Positions 1 to 12,866 are shown, numbered from the stretch's first letter. The stretch is DNA of 64,000 nt from Eledone cirrhosa (GCA_964016885.1 OZ024741.1:333498001-333562000); one strand, 5' to 3'. Notes: a model not told the origin generated them from the letters alone. Translations and numbers: made by a program.

Positions 1-319
1 CCAGAATGTATGATTTATCCTCCTTGTGGCAAAACTTGGCATTTCAGTCAATGCAAGATGTACAATATATATATATATATATATTAAATGTATACAGGTG
101 TGTTGGACCTCTGGCAATTTCAACTCCGAGTGTTCCAGTCGTTCAAACAATGGAACAATCTGTTCATGAAAATTAACGTGCAAGTGACTGAGTATTCTAT
201 AAAGACATGCTTCTTAACCTAGGTCTCTGAGTATGTCACCATGACACTGTGTGCACAGATGGATTTTCACCTGGTGAGGCCCTGAACTATAGGAAATTTG
301 AGGCCCGTCTCTAAAGAAA

Positions 320-690
320 TCATCATCATCATCACCGTTTAACGTCCGTTCTTCCATGCTAGCATGGGTTAGACGGGTTGTCCTGTTGTGGGAAGTGTCT
401 GGTCGGCTGACCATGCCTTGCTCATACAGGAACTGATTCTGGCTTGATTTCTCAAGCTGGATGCCCTTCCTAACACCAACCTCATTTACAGTGTAGGCTG
501 GGTGCTTTTTTGCCGTGGCACCTCCACGAACATTTTGCAGTGGGAGGGTGTGGGGGACATATTGTCTATATGCTTCAGCTTCGGCTTGTACCCATGGGAA
601 GTCGGGTACTCTGTATTACTGCATGATGCCAGAGGTCACAGTCATGTGTCATCGCCTTTGAGAGGTGTAATTGGGTAAGGTCGGCTTTTA
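320..690 (-). mobile_element. 5'-truncated RTE-clade LINE 3' end with (GAT)n tail
   Basis: catcatcatcaccgtttaacgtcc tail plus gctggatgcccttcctaacacc body; aligns by eye with 35672-36140 and 39385-39925. Confidence 0.7.
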
Positions 691-833
691 TAATTATTAT
701 TTTTCATATTAATGTTAATTAATGATAAAGAATAAATTATATATACATATATATATATATACATTATGAAGAGAGAAGAAACATTTAGATATAATTAGTA
801 ATAAAATGTATCATACCTAAACTGCTCCTAAAT

Positions 834-923
834 TCCTCGACTACGCAGTTTCGTGGCATAAACAAAAACAATATATCATAAAGATATAGAGTCCTTGCGA
901 GGTCTGCCGACTTATCAAGAGGA
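834..923 (-). ncRNA. Type I hammerhead ribozyme, U3-A8 variant (family A, inverted copy)
   Basis: Reverse complement of 1645-1734 with core and stems intact. Confidence 0.8.
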
Positions 924-1644
924 TACCTCATTTTACCAGTCTCAAGAACGCGTCTACACGACGTGAGAAAGAATCCCAAAAGGCGGAGGGGGAGATAGTC
1001 ACGCGATATAACGGTCGAGAAACAGAGCTAAGCCTCTTATAACCCCGAAGAAAATACCACGGAGGCGGAGGGGGTATTTATATCGAGGCCGTAGAAGAGG
1101 TGGTGAAGAAGGCGAGAAGTATGAGTAATGGAAGCTTTCCAGCTGTCCCCACACTTCAAAGATTGCTCGACCAGAGGGAGTTATTAACAATATATTTAGA
1201 AACACACAGATACATGCGGACACACACATATATACATGAATGCATCCGCACCCAACTGTGAGTTAAGGGTGCCAACTTCACCGATGTTGCTCAATGAATG
1301 ACTGGGACAGACCAATTCAGTTGAACTAGACTGAACCAGTATCAGAGTTAAAAATACATTATGAAGAGAGAAGAAACATTTAGATATAATTAGTAATAAA
1401 ATGTATCATACCTAAACGGGGACAGCTGGAAAGCTTCCATTACTCATACTTCTCGCCTTCTTCACCACCTCTTCTACGGCCTCGATATAAATACCCCCTC
1501 CGCCTCCGAGGTATTTTCTTCGGGGTTATAAGAGGCTTAGCTCTGTTTCTCGACCGTTATATCGCGTGACTATCTCCCCCTCCGCCTTTTGAGATTCTTT
1601 CTCACGTCGTGTAGACGTGTTCTTGAGACTGGTAAAATGAGGTA

Positions 1645-1734
1645 TCCTCTTGATAAGTCGGCAGACCTCGCAAGGACTCTATATCTTTATGATATATTGT
1701 TTTTGTTTATGCCACGAAACTGCGTAGTCGAGGA
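1645..1734 (+). ncRNA. Type I hammerhead ribozyme, U3-A8 core variant (family A)
   Basis: TCCTC-TTGATAA-GT(C)GGCA..TGCCAC-GAA-ACTGCGTAGT-C-GAGGA. Stem I TCCTC/GAGGA, stem II closed by G-C, near-palindromic stem III, GUC triplet with predicted cleavage after 1729. Confidence 0.8.
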
Positions 1735-1967
1735 ATTTAGGAGCAGTTTAGGTATGATACATTTTATTACTAATTATATCTAAATGTTTCTTCTCTCTTC
1801 ATAATGTATTTTTAACTCTGATACTGGTTTAGTCTAGTTCAACTGAATTGGTCTGTCCCAGTCATTCATTGAGCAACATCGGTGAAGTTGGCACCCTTAA
1901 CTCACAGTTGGGTGCGGATGCATTCATGTATATATGTGTGTGTCCGCATGTATCTGTGTGTTTCTAA

Positions 1968-2055
<88 letters not shown>

Positions 2056-2059
<4 letters not shown>

Positions 2060-2959
2060 TAAAACTGAGGATGTCTGTCTGTGTGTGTGTGAGTTTGAAT
2101 CTATAAAACTAGAGAACCACCCAACTGACTGTTTTCAAACTTTACACATGTAATACTTATGTTTCAGGGAGTGTTCTGAGCCAAAGAAATTTCAAATTTT
2201 CAATGACCTAGGGACCGCATTAGGCAATTTAACGATCTCTCTCTATAATTCTTAGTCTTTTTCTTTTTAGATAGATACATACATATAACGTCGCGCCCTT
2301 ATAATATCTGTCTGTATGTCTGGCTGTCTGCATTACGTCACTTCCCTGAGGATGTCTGTCTGTGTGTGTGTGTGTGTGAGAGAGTTTGAATCCCTAAAAC
2401 TCGAGAAGTACCCAACCGATTTATTTCAAACTTTACATGTGTATTACTTATGTTTCAGGGAGTGTTATGCACATAAAAAAAAGGCATTTTTTTTTTTATC
2501 TAGTTGAAAAACTGCGTTTTTTTCAGGTTTTTAGAGGTTATGTGAGACGTTACGTCAGACCGATTTCCTTGAAATTTTAACTATGTATTAGTCAGTCTCT
2601 TCTTCATACCGTGAGCAAAGAAAATCCAACTTTTTTATGGCCTAGGTGAAAAACTTCATTTTTTCAGCTTTTTAGGGCTTTTTGGAGGCGCTTCATCTAG
2701 CCGCTTTTCCCGAAATTTCAAGGCATATTATGTACATAAAAAAAAATTATTTTCTTGATCCCCTAGGGCCCGCATTAGGTGAAAACCTGAATTTTTCCTG
2801 CTTCATCGAGGAAACTCTTAAAGATTATCCAGACCATCAGAGTATTCGGTTTATTTTCTTTACATATTGTCCAGGCATGCAGTTTTTCCATGATTAGGTC
2901 TGTTGGCGGCCCGCGTTCCAAAATACCTTATCCTGTGCAACGCCGGGTACCACTGCTAG

Positions 2960-2960
<1 letters not shown>
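2056..2960 (+). mobile_element. Non-autonomous Helitron-like element
   Basis: Begins tatatataaaactgaggatgtctgtctgtgtg and ends with hairpin cctgtgcaacgccggg followed by CTAG-T. Internal duplication 2064-2180/2346-2470. Similar ends at 51239-52158. Confidence 0.65.
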
Positions 2961-2992
<32 letters not shown>

Positions 2993-3459
2993 TGATGTTT
3001 CAATGTTAAAATATAAACTAATGATAAAATAATAGTATATTTATAAAAATGAGGCCTCTGGGTGTGTGTGTGGCCCTAAGCTATAACTTATTTAGCTTAC
3101 AGATAATCCATCTCTGAGTGTGTGACAAGGCTGGCCCTTATAATTACAGGAAGAACTTATTTTTGAGAGCTGAATGGACAGGTGTATATAGAATAAAGTA
3201 TCTTGCTCAAAGACACTAAGCATCATAAAGAATCAAACTCACAACTTTATGATTGTGAACCAAACACCCTAACCACTAAATCATGTACCTTCACTAGTAC
3301 ACATTTCTGCATAGACAATAGTTTACCTGCTGGAGCTCAAATTATATACCTGTTGAGATGTTGGTTGATAAAATGAATACCAACAATATCTATCCATCCA
3401 ATGGCTCAGAAGTCATTATGGAGTTGAGATGTGTCTTGGGAAATTAGGCAATTAAAAAA

Positions 3460-3790
3460 ATAATAATGAAATTATTGTGTACAGTGCTTAGGTGCACTAC
3501 AACTCATCAACGATGCATGTATAGTACATAGAATAATGTACAAATGTCAGGAAAGTGGACAGAGTATGAGTCATGATGTACATGTGGCATGTGTATGGAG
3601 GGGGGGATATCAGGTGTGGTGTTGGCGAATTTCAGGAAGCATGGAGGTTTTAAAGGATGCAGTGTCTCGACAGCTAATAACTGATGCAGGTAGTTTGTTC
3701 CATGCTTCAGCAACTCTGAGCATGAAAAAATGTTTCTGAAAGTCAAGGGACCTGTGCTGTTTTCTGGCAGAATCAATATCTCTCCCTTTC
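3460..3790 (-). mobile_element. CR1/L2-like LINE 3' fragment
   Basis: Peptide FQKHFFMLRVAEAWNKLPASVISCRDTASFK typical of the CR1/L2 ORF2 C-terminus; 3' UTR ending in (ATT)n; second 3' end copy at 54965-55090. Confidence 0.75.
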
Positions 3791-4014
3791 CCTGCACGTC
3801 TGAACACAACTGATTTCTTCCAGAGAAAAAGAAAAAGAGATATAGATGAAGAATTGACTCCATTACTAGACAGGTATAATATTTACAAACCTTGAAAAGA
3901 TAAAAAAAGGTAAGTTGACCAACATGATTTGAACTCAGAACCCTATGAACTAGAACTAATACTGAGGCATTAATCCAATACTTTAATGACTCTACCAAGT
4001 TGCCACCTTACCAA

Positions 4015-4230
4015 TGGTATAATAGTTTCTGATTTATGCACAAGGTCAGCAATTTGGGGTGGTGGGTGGGGAAGTCGATTAAATCAACCTAGTGCGTTAA
4101 TGGTACTTTGTCTTATCAACCCTAAAAGGACGAAAAACAAAGTTAACCTTGGTGGCATTTGAATGTAAAGGGCCACAACTCTATGTCACCACCAAGCATG
4201 TTGTCCAATGTTCTACCGATACTGCCAATC
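4015..4230 (-). mobile_element. tRNA-derived SINE with Meta-like core
   Basis: Reverse complement of the ttgcctttcatcc..ggggtcgataaaataaagtacc..gctggccttgtgcctaaa family. Confidence 0.65.
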
Positions 4231-4337
4231 GATCATAATGGAAACAACTCAATTTAAAAAACAAAAAAAATCCCTATATATATTTATTAACAATTGTTGT
4301 CAGTGTGTATGTAAATGAAGAACAATCAATATGATTA

Positions 4338-4590
4338 CTTAACCCTTTCATTACCATATTTCTAATGGAAGTCACTGTCTGTCATTAACCCTTTCATTAC
4401 CATTTTTCTAATGAAAGTCACTATCTATGTCATTAACCCTTTCATTTCCATATTTCTAATGAAAGTCACTATGTCATTAACCCTTTCACTACCATATTTT
4501 TCCTGAAAAGCACTGTCTATGTCATTAACCCTTTCATTACCATATTTTCCTGAAAGACACTGTCTATGTCATTAACCTTTTCATTACCAT
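4338..4590. repeat. ~40-bp minisatellite (gtcattaaccctttcattaccatattt...), about 6 copies
   Basis: Direct tandem copies visible; unit resembles the end of an AT-rich TIR element seen elsewhere (aaccctt..tacc). Confidence 0.85.
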
Positions 4591-5049
4591 GATTTTCAAA
4601 TCCTTTTGAAAATAATCAAGAATGTGAATGGAATTTAGTAATCTAATTAATTTTCTTATTATTGTCTGATGTTTGAAACATAATTAAACAAACATTCTTA
4701 CATAAAATTTTGATGGAAGGTTTTATTTTTTTTTTTTTAGGTAAACATAAACACTCTAAACCAGTTTTGTATTGTAGAACCAGGGGTGATTTCAGGTGGT
4801 TTGATATCAAAGAGGTTAAAATAAACAGTTTTGTATGATAGAAACTGGATCAATTTCAGGTGATTTGGTATAAAATGGGTTAAAATAAGCCGTTTTGTGC
4901 CATAGAACGAAGGGCAACGTCAGGTGGTTTAGTATCAATGGGTTAAGAAATCAGCTGAAGTCTGGCAGTACCGCTATCTATGCAAGGGTACACTACTCTG
5001 CTTGTCTTATTCCAAGTTAAAAAATAGGTCACGCTTAATGCTGCCGCAA

Positions 5050-5350
5050 CTACAGTTACTACTACAGCTGCTGCTACTTATGTTGCTACCATAACTTCTG
5101 CTGCTGCTACAACTACTGTTGCTGCTGCTACCACCACTAATACTACAACTGCTACTACCACCAACACCGCCACCACTAATACTACTACCACCACCACCAC
5201 TAATACTGCTACTACTACTACCACCATTAATACTGCTACTACTACCACCATTAATACTACGGCTGCTACTACTACCACCACTAATACTACTACTGCTGTT
5301 ACTACCACCACTACTAACACTACTGCTGCTACTACTACTGTTGTTGCTAC
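5050..5350. repeat. (ACT/ACC/GCT)n trinucleotide tract
   Basis: Low-complexity repeat; source of the poly-V and poly-L/P ORFs. Confidence 0.9.
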
Positions 5351-5853
5351 AATATGGCTTTAGTTGCGATTAAAGAATACTGGCTTGGCAAGAATACAAT
5401 GCTTTAGAGTAGCGACTACTATTTTGCGAGTCCAACACTTTTCCTGCAACTATTTTTTCTGTGTCACTATAAAAGGTACATAACTCTGTGTTGCCTCATA
5501 CAAAGCACCGAGCAGAAAATAGTAATTGTTCTAATATTTTCTTTCTTTTTTTTTTTACAAATTGCAATAAGTATATTAGTTGATAGGAGTGTTTATTTAA
5601 TAAAATATGTAATATAATGTTTGATGAAACATTTGTTGAACTAATACCAACGTTATTGAGAGATGTATGTATGGACCTGTAACCCGTAAAGGAGTCGAAG
5701 GGCACTGTGTTGACATACTGCGTTTCTAGGGCATTTTTAAAAACCTGGCAGAGCCTATCTCCTCTTCAGTAGACATAAAACAATTTAACTAACTGTCAAT
5801 ATTTGGTTGACTTAAGAAACATTGAGAAAATTTGAAATGTTGTCTTCATAATG

Positions 5854-6052
5854 TAGGAGGGTCAGCTGAAAAATTCATAGGCTTAATATGAAGGAATGAT
5901 GCTAGAGCTGTGAAATCTTGCATGCATTAATTTCAAATCTCCTTAATAACTGCATTGTTTCTTTCCAGGGAATATGTTAAAAGATAAACTTCATTTGGTC
6001 ATTCCATGAGGGTATCTTTGTCAACCTATGAACTTTTCAGCCAACCCTTGTA
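5854..6052. mobile_element. mariner-type MITE
   Basis: TIRs ta-ggagggtcagctgaaaaattcatagg / cctatgaacttttcagccaacccttg-ta with TA flanks. Confidence 0.7.
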
Positions 6053-8180
6053 AATGATGAATAAATGCTAGTCGAGAAAATCAGGTAAATTACCCTGTTT
6101 CCTCATATGTGCTTCTGTCCATATGTATCCAGGAGTAACTGACCTGATTTTCTCAATTATTATGTATTACTATTAACTATTGTTTTAGTGTAGTCATTTA
6201 CATTGGAACACCTACATTTTAAAATTTAGATACATATTTATGTGTCATGAAGGCGCCATGACAAAAAGCACCCAGTACTCACTGTAAGTGAGGTTGGTTT
6301 AGGAAGGGCATCCAGCTGTAGAAATCAAGCCAAAATCAGTTCTGTATGAGCAAGACATGGTCACTTGACCTTGCATTGCCCACAACAGGACAACCCATCT
6401 AACCCATGCTAGTGTGGAAAAAATGGATGTAAAACGGTGATGATGATGATGATGATATTTTTAAAAAATCTAAAAGTGTACAACGCAGGATTGGGATGAT
6501 GAATCTATGATCTGTCCACTAATAAATATGATGTAAATGTAAGAATTAACAAACTACATGAAACTACATTAGCAAAACCTTCTTGAAAAGTACAAGCAGC
6601 ACTGTGACTGCATCACACTAAAAATAAATACCTTTACTTTAACTCTTTAGTTACCAACCTGGCAAAAACTGCCTCTAGTTCTATGAAATAAAACCAACCA
6701 TTTTAAAGGTTTCTAATTTAAATTAAAATCTTCCAACATAATTTTATATAAGAACATTACATTAACTTACTATCTTAATAAATTTAGTAAATCCCTTGAA
6801 ATTCTTCATTAATTAACAGAGTGTATTTCATTAGAAATGCAGTCATGAAAGGGTTACAGTTGCAAATCTTTGCAATAATTTGTCAACTAGAAAATATGCT
6901 ATAAACCACATGAAACCACATTAGCAAACATTCTTAAAAAGTAGTTAACAGCTCTATGGCAGCATCACATTGAAAATTAAAGTCTTTAGTTTAATGTAAA
7001 TTTTTACTATGATCTGTCCACAAGTAAAAATATTATAAACATTTGAATTAGCAAACCTCATGAAACCACATTAGAAATACATTCTTGAAAAGTAGAAAAC
7101 AGAAAAGTCTTGAAAATTAAAAAAAGAACAGCACTATGACTACACCACATTAAAAATTCAAATCTTTAGTCTAATATTGCAAATTTCCATAATGATCTCT
7201 TCATTAGGGCTTTGCCAGGTTTAAGAATGCCCTAGAAATGCATTTTTAGATATTTTCTGCTAAATCATTTACAGGATCCTGAATGAATGTATTATACAGA
7301 GAACCTATTCACTTAGGAAGAAAACTCAACCAAAACAGTTTTAATTCTTAACACCCTGTACCACACGAACCCACATTATTTCAAGATGTTCTTGAAAAGC
7401 AGAAAGAGATATAGAGGAAGAATCGACTCCAGTACTAGACTGGTACTTTTTTTATTGACTTCATATGGATGAAAGGCAAAGATGACCTCAACGAGATATG
7501 CAAGCAGAGAGCCAAAGCAAAAACTGCAAAGCTTTCTTTCCAACATTCTAACAATTCTGCCAATTTGTTGCTTTTATTCTGTTAACAGCATGTTAAAGGA
7601 ACAAAAAAAAAATTAAAAAAAGACAAAAAATAGTTTTTTCAGTGAAATATGGAGAAATTCCTCTCTTAGGAATGAAGTCCTGTTATCCAACAAAAAACAG
7701 GAAAAAATAACAGGTTTTCACTGAGCTGAGCAGGTTTGTATTCTTGAATTTACCTGTCTTTGTTTTACTGTCAAGAGTTGTAACCAGTATATATTATCAG
7801 CAATGGAAACATTTTAGTTTTCTTAAGTCTGATCTGTCAATCTAATCATTTCCTTTTTCTTTTCTTTTTATCTTTTCTGAATGAAAACTGTTGAATTAAT
7901 AAATAATCTTATGATGAGAAAGATTACTACAGCTTAAACATTCACATGCAGTGTCTCCATAAAGTAAGAGTTAAAAAAACATTTTTTTGCGGACCCCATT
8001 TTAAGGCTTCCTGTTCATCATGGAGTTTATTTTGAAGCAATGTTTTAGAGCCAAATGCCCTTCCTAGTATCAACCCTTTTAATTATTTCTTACAACGTGC
8101 AGGAATAGTATACCCATTCTAAACCAAATACCCACAGAGTGCACAGAATTTTTAATAACAAATATTGTCACAAACTATCA

Positions 8181-8672
8181 GGTGAATTGGCAGTATCGGT
8201 AGAGGGTTGGATTATGCTTTCCGGCATAGTTACGTCCCTTTACGATCTGAGTTCAATTCCCGCCGAGGTTAACTTTGCCTTTCATCCTTACGGGGTCGAT
8301 AAAATAAAGTTCCAGTAATGTCCTGGGATAATTGCTGGCCTTGTGCCAAAAGTAGAAACAATTATTATTAAATCCTGTCAATGTTACCTTTGCCTTTCAT
8401 CCTTAGAGGGTCAATAAGATAAAGCACTAGTAACACTCGTGGATCGATTTAATTGACTTTCCCCATCCCTTCAAATTGCTGGCCTTGTGCCTAAATCAGA
8501 AACCATCATTATTATTATTTATTGGGCAATGGATTCACAGAGTTATTAGACCATCAGACAAAATGCCTTGTGGCATTTGTTTCACCTCTTTTGTATAAGG
8601 TCAATAAAATAAAGTAGCAGTCAAATACTGGTGTCAAATTTCAGGCCTAAGGTATAAATTAGAAACCATTAT
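8181..8672 (+). mobile_element. Cluster of three Meta-like tRNA SINE copies/fragments
   Basis: Repeated gttaactttgcctttcatccttacggggtcgataaaataaagt core, B-box-like gagttcaattccc, and agaaaccattatt ends. Confidence 0.75.
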
Positions 8673-10528
8673 TAAAGTTATTCAATTAGCACAACAATTT
8701 ACCAAATATATATATCTTTAACCAGCTCTGGTTCTATGAACAAAACTACTCATTTTAAAGGCTTACTATTTAAATTAAAATTTCCAATAAACTGTTATAC
8801 TTTGGGAGGGTCATGCTGCACTGCCAATATAATTTTATACAAGAACTATATGTTAAGTTTATATCTTAGTAAAGAAATAATTTTAGCAAATCCCTTATAA
8901 CACATGATTAATTAATTGAAAAAGAGTGTATTTTATCAGAAATACAGACATGAAAGGGTTAAAGTTACATCCACCTATGATTATCCTCGATTCTCTGGTG
9001 TTAAGTGACTGAGAGTACAAGATTCCCCACTGGACAGGGCACCAGCGCATCACAGGCTTAAACTCCCAGCTGCTACTATTGGCAAACATTTTCAGCTAAA
9101 TTTAGTGGAGCAATGTGAAATGAAGTGTTTTTGTTCAAGAACACAATACACAATCCAGTCCAGGAGCTGAACCCACAACATTATGATACTAAATCCAACA
9201 CACTTATCACTAGGGCACATGCCTCCACGTTAACATATGGTTAACATACATAAAAGTACAACATATACAAAAATGATATACAAGAAGAGTCATCGAGGAA
9301 ACTATATTAGCTTAACTGCATTAATAATATCAGCTTCTATTTTCAGGCTATTAACAGATCTGAAAAACGAATCTAGTTTCCTCCTTATACAAAAGATTTA
9401 ACTAAAAATAGTAATCTCCCTTGATATTGATGTGACCAAGAAATTCCTTGAAAAGGGATATAATTTCAATAGTTGGTTTATTAACGATAAATTTATGCAT
9501 GCTCAATATTGATATCTTTGAAATTGTGGAATTGTAGATTAAACAAAAATATGTTTTTAAATTAAAAATAAAATATTGTGAATGAAATTTTATTTATATA
9601 TATATATTTTTTTTAAATATAATTTGCTTTGGATAAATAGGCTAAAATTAGAATGTACTTATATTAGAATGTTTTTATATTTCAAAAACTAGTCTAATCT
9701 TTAATAATTGTTTCTAGTATGTCTGGTCCCATAACCCCCCCCCCCCCCCCGAGGGAGCCATAGGGACACCGTATTGACATACTGTGTATATAGGGCATTC
9801 TTTAAAAACATTGTGGAGCCCATTTCCTTTCCATGTCTGAATAGATCAGATTTCTTCCACAGAAGAATAGAGAGGGAGAGAATGGAAAAAGATATAAAGG
9901 AAGAATTGACTTCAGTATTAGATTGGTACTTTTTTTTTACCCATCTCGAATGGATAAAAGGCAAAGCTGATCATGGTGGGATTTGAACTCAGAGATCTCT
10001 GACTGTCTGAGTTTGTTTCCCCCAAAATCTAACAGCTCAGTAAATTTAACCCTTTTGATATTAACTCGACCAAAACTATCCTGGTTTATGACAGAACACT
10101 TATATTAAACCATTCCAACATAATTTTAATTAAGTGATTTCTGTTAAGAAACATTCAAATCATCAGCTAACTAATGAAACAATTATTTTATTAGATTCCT
10201 CCAGGCTCATTATTTAAAAAAATTATCTAAAACATATACGCTGTGTATAAGAAATATGGTAACAAAAGTATTAAAGTAGTGTTGGTTGACCATAGCCATT
10301 AGGCACGGATAAGCAACAATTACACTATATCAATTCAGAACCTTTTATTTGTAAGATTGGACTTATTGGAGGTCATACTAGGATGATCCCAGTCCCACTG
10401 AGCAAGAGCAAGAAGAAGAAGAAGAAGAAGGCTGGACTCATTAGAATGACCATATTAAAGAGCCAAAAAAGAAATAAGTAAAATTTGGTATAATCTATTT
10501 TAATGCCTATGGTATATATATATATAGT

Positions 10529-10720
10529 GAAGGTCTATGGCTTAGTGGTTAGAGAGTTGGATTCGCAATTGTGAGGTTGTGAGTTTGAATCTTTGACTGG
10601 GAGATATGTTATGACCTTGAGCAAGACATTTTATTTCACATTGCTCCTTCTGCCAGGATTTGCGACTGGCAGATAGTATCAGCAATGGACCAATGGAAAC
10701 ATTGTTTCTTTGGTCTGATT
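10529..10720 (+). mobile_element. CORE-like tRNA SINE head continuing into sequence shared (inverted) with 12580-12675
   Basis: A-box-like ggcttagtggttag, B-box-like gtgagtttgaatc, accttgagcaagacattttatttcacattgctcc. Confidence 0.6.
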
Positions 10721-10786
10721 TGGTGAGTTCCACTCCACTCATTAAGAAAATGAAGCCTGGAAACTTATCAATCATCTTTGTACTCA

Positions 10787-10851
<65 letters not shown>

Positions 10852-11577
10852 ACAAATAGAAAGAGGGAATCAAACAATGTGTGAGGTTAAACAAAAGGTG
10901 AAAAAAGAAGATGCATACTGGAAAAAAATGTATGCACAAAATTATGGATGGTTGGTCCCATAACTTCTGAGAGTCATAAGGGCATTGTATTGATATACAG
11001 CATTTCTAGGGAATTTAAAAACCTGGTGGCACCCATCTTCTCTCCAAGTCTGAATTCAGCAGATTTCTTCCAGAGAAGGATAGAGAGTAAAAGAATGGAA
11101 GTGAGAAAGAGAGGAAGACTCGACCCTTGTACTAACCTGGTACTTTCTTTTATCAACCTCAAATGGATGAAAGGTGAAGTTGACCTTGGTGGGATTTGAA
11201 CTCAGGGAGCAGAGAACTGAATTGAATACTGAAAAACATTCTAGCTGATGTTCTAATGATTCTTCCAATTCACCACCATACAATGAAAATATATAAGCTG
11301 CCAGTTAAAAGTAAAAATAAAGGATCAACAATTTCTCTATCATGGTTATCCACTCCTTGATAACTACTGCAACTCCTCAGAAAAAAACAGCAAGAACTAA
11401 ATGCTAAATATTCAGGTCATATTTTTCTTATTCATACCTTCAATCCATCATTCAGCACTTATCACCTGTTGTCCAAATAGCTTATATTTGTTTTGAATTT
11501 TTTCTGTGTTTTCTATATTATTTATTCATATATATATATATATTTTAAAAAAAGTAAAAGAATGACTTCACTTCACA

Positions 11578-11660
11578 AAGTGGTTGTAAAAAATCCCCTC
11601 CTGCTGGTTTTATTTCTATTGAAATAAAACCAGCAGGAGGGCATTTTTACAACTACTTTT
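11578..11660. repeat. Short inverted repeat next to (TA)n; its flank recurs inverted at 12000-12028
   Basis: gttgtaaaaa..cctcctgctggttttatttc / gaaataaaaccagcaggagg..tttttacaac. Confidence 0.8.
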
Positions 11661-11711
11661 TTAAACACCCTTATCTTGATGTCAACCTTCACCATTTTCT
11701 GTGTGTATATA

Positions 11712-11743
<32 letters not shown>

Positions 11744-12163
11744 GATGCTTTAATTCCTTTAAAGCTTCATCAACACTCATTAACACCACACCCCAGACAC
11801 ATCCAAATCTCTCTTATATATAGTCACACATCACAACACAACCTGATCGCAGTTTGACAATGGCCACCGTCGAATGCAAGAAAGTTCTCCAAGAAAGTTA
11901 ACCAGGAATCTTTAACATTTTTCCAACCGAAGTACTTACTAGATCTACCAACTCATAATATTATAATATTATAAAATTAAATAAAATTATTTAGCACTAG
12001 AAGTGAAGTCATTCTTTTCCTTTTTTTCAACTATACCTGACTGTACCAAGTATCTCACACATTTTCCAATATGAATAAATTATGGTTTCCAGAAGAAGTA
12101 ATAAGACAGTTCATCACTTCTGACAATTACACTTTATTAATATATATATATATATATATATAT

Positions 12164-12380
12164 AAGTAGTTCCACAACAGTTAGTTCACCATTACCGAGA
12201 AGAATTGTTTCACCTTATTCAGATCATCAGCACAGTCTTTTTTTTTAGACCGAGCTGATGATCCGAATAAGGTGAAACAATTGTTCTCAGTAATGGTGAA
12301 CTAACTGTTGTGGAACTACTTCTACCAAACTCATCCCATGGACTGAGTGGTCTACTTCTCCGGATTTAACCCACCAGTGG
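12164..12380. mobile_element. HHR-bearing inverted-repeat element (family B)
   Basis: Arms ~12164-12238 and ~12247-12321 plus a 3' tail to 12380; (TA)n on both sides. Confidence 0.8.
12249..12291 (+). ncRNA. Minimal type I hammerhead ribozyme (family B)
   Basis: ACCGAG-CTGATGA-TCCGAATAAGGT-GAA-ACAATTGT-T-CTCAGT. Loopless palindromic stem III ACAATTGT, GUU triplet. The other arm (12194-12236, minus) supplies CTCGGT, which makes stem I a perfect 6 bp. Confidence 0.8.
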
Positions 12381-12387
12381 TATATAT

Positions 12388-12671
12388 ATTAGAAAATAGA
12401 ATAGCTTTCACCGTATTTTTGACTAAAGGAGTTTTAGCCTGATAATGGGGTTACCCATTATCAGGCTAAAATTCCTTTAGTCAAAAATATGGTGAAAGCT
12501 ATTCTATTTTCTAATTTCAAACCTGCTCACTGTTTCAAAACAAACTTACTTGATATATTTTGGGATCGATCGACTTTCGTCAAATCGGACCGAGGAAACA
12601 ATGTTTCCGTTGGTCTTTCCAGTTGCTAGTACTATCTATCGGTCGCAACTCCAGGTAGAAGGAGCAACGTG

Positions 12672-12675
<4 letters not shown>
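12388..12675. mobile_element. Inverted-repeat element with 3' half of an HHR (family H)
   Basis: Near-perfect IR 12388-12515; each arm has GT-GAA-AGCT-A-TTCT (palindromic stem III AGCT); no CUGANGA half; tail runs to (TA)n. Confidence 0.6.
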
Positions 12676-12746
<71 letters not shown>

Positions 12747-12810
12747 ATATATGTATGTATATACAATGATATTAAATAAATCGAAACTATATTTATAAAA
12801 CCATATTTAT

Positions 12811-12866
12811 TCTATTATATATATTTCAAGGGTACCAAAAATTTTGGTACACTATCATCAGATAAA
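12811..12866 (-). ncRNA. Type I hammerhead ribozyme (family D2)
   Basis: Minus strand TTTAT-CTGATGA-TAGTGTACCAAAATTTTTGGTACCCTT-GAA-ATATATAT-A-ATAGA; long stem II, palindromic stem III. Homologues at 48525-48586 and 35584-35660. Confidence 0.75.

Larger units (their letters stand above)
761..1974. mobile_element. Penelope-like pseudo-LTR / retrozyme-like element (family A): permuted minus-strand copy (761-1417) joined to an inverted plus-strand copy (1418-1974)
   Basis: 1418-1974 is the reverse complement of 761-1150 followed by 1189-1355. The block starting at 761 recurs at 1356 (period 595 nt). (TA)n flanks both sides and each arm has one HHR. Confidence 0.8.

Noticed and set aside
785-1783. 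Duplicated 64-aa ORF in both IR arms
   Set aside because: Consequence of the inverted duplication; TTG starts, no recognisable domain, overlaps the HHR
10125-10175. Minus-strand CTGATGA...GAAA
   Set aside because: No stem III or NUH; lies within an AT-rich TIR-like repeat
11820-11900. TATA-like run followed by ATGGCCACC..(MATVECKKVLQES*)
   Set aside because: 13-codon ORF; TA runs are ubiquitous here, so there is no real promoter evidence
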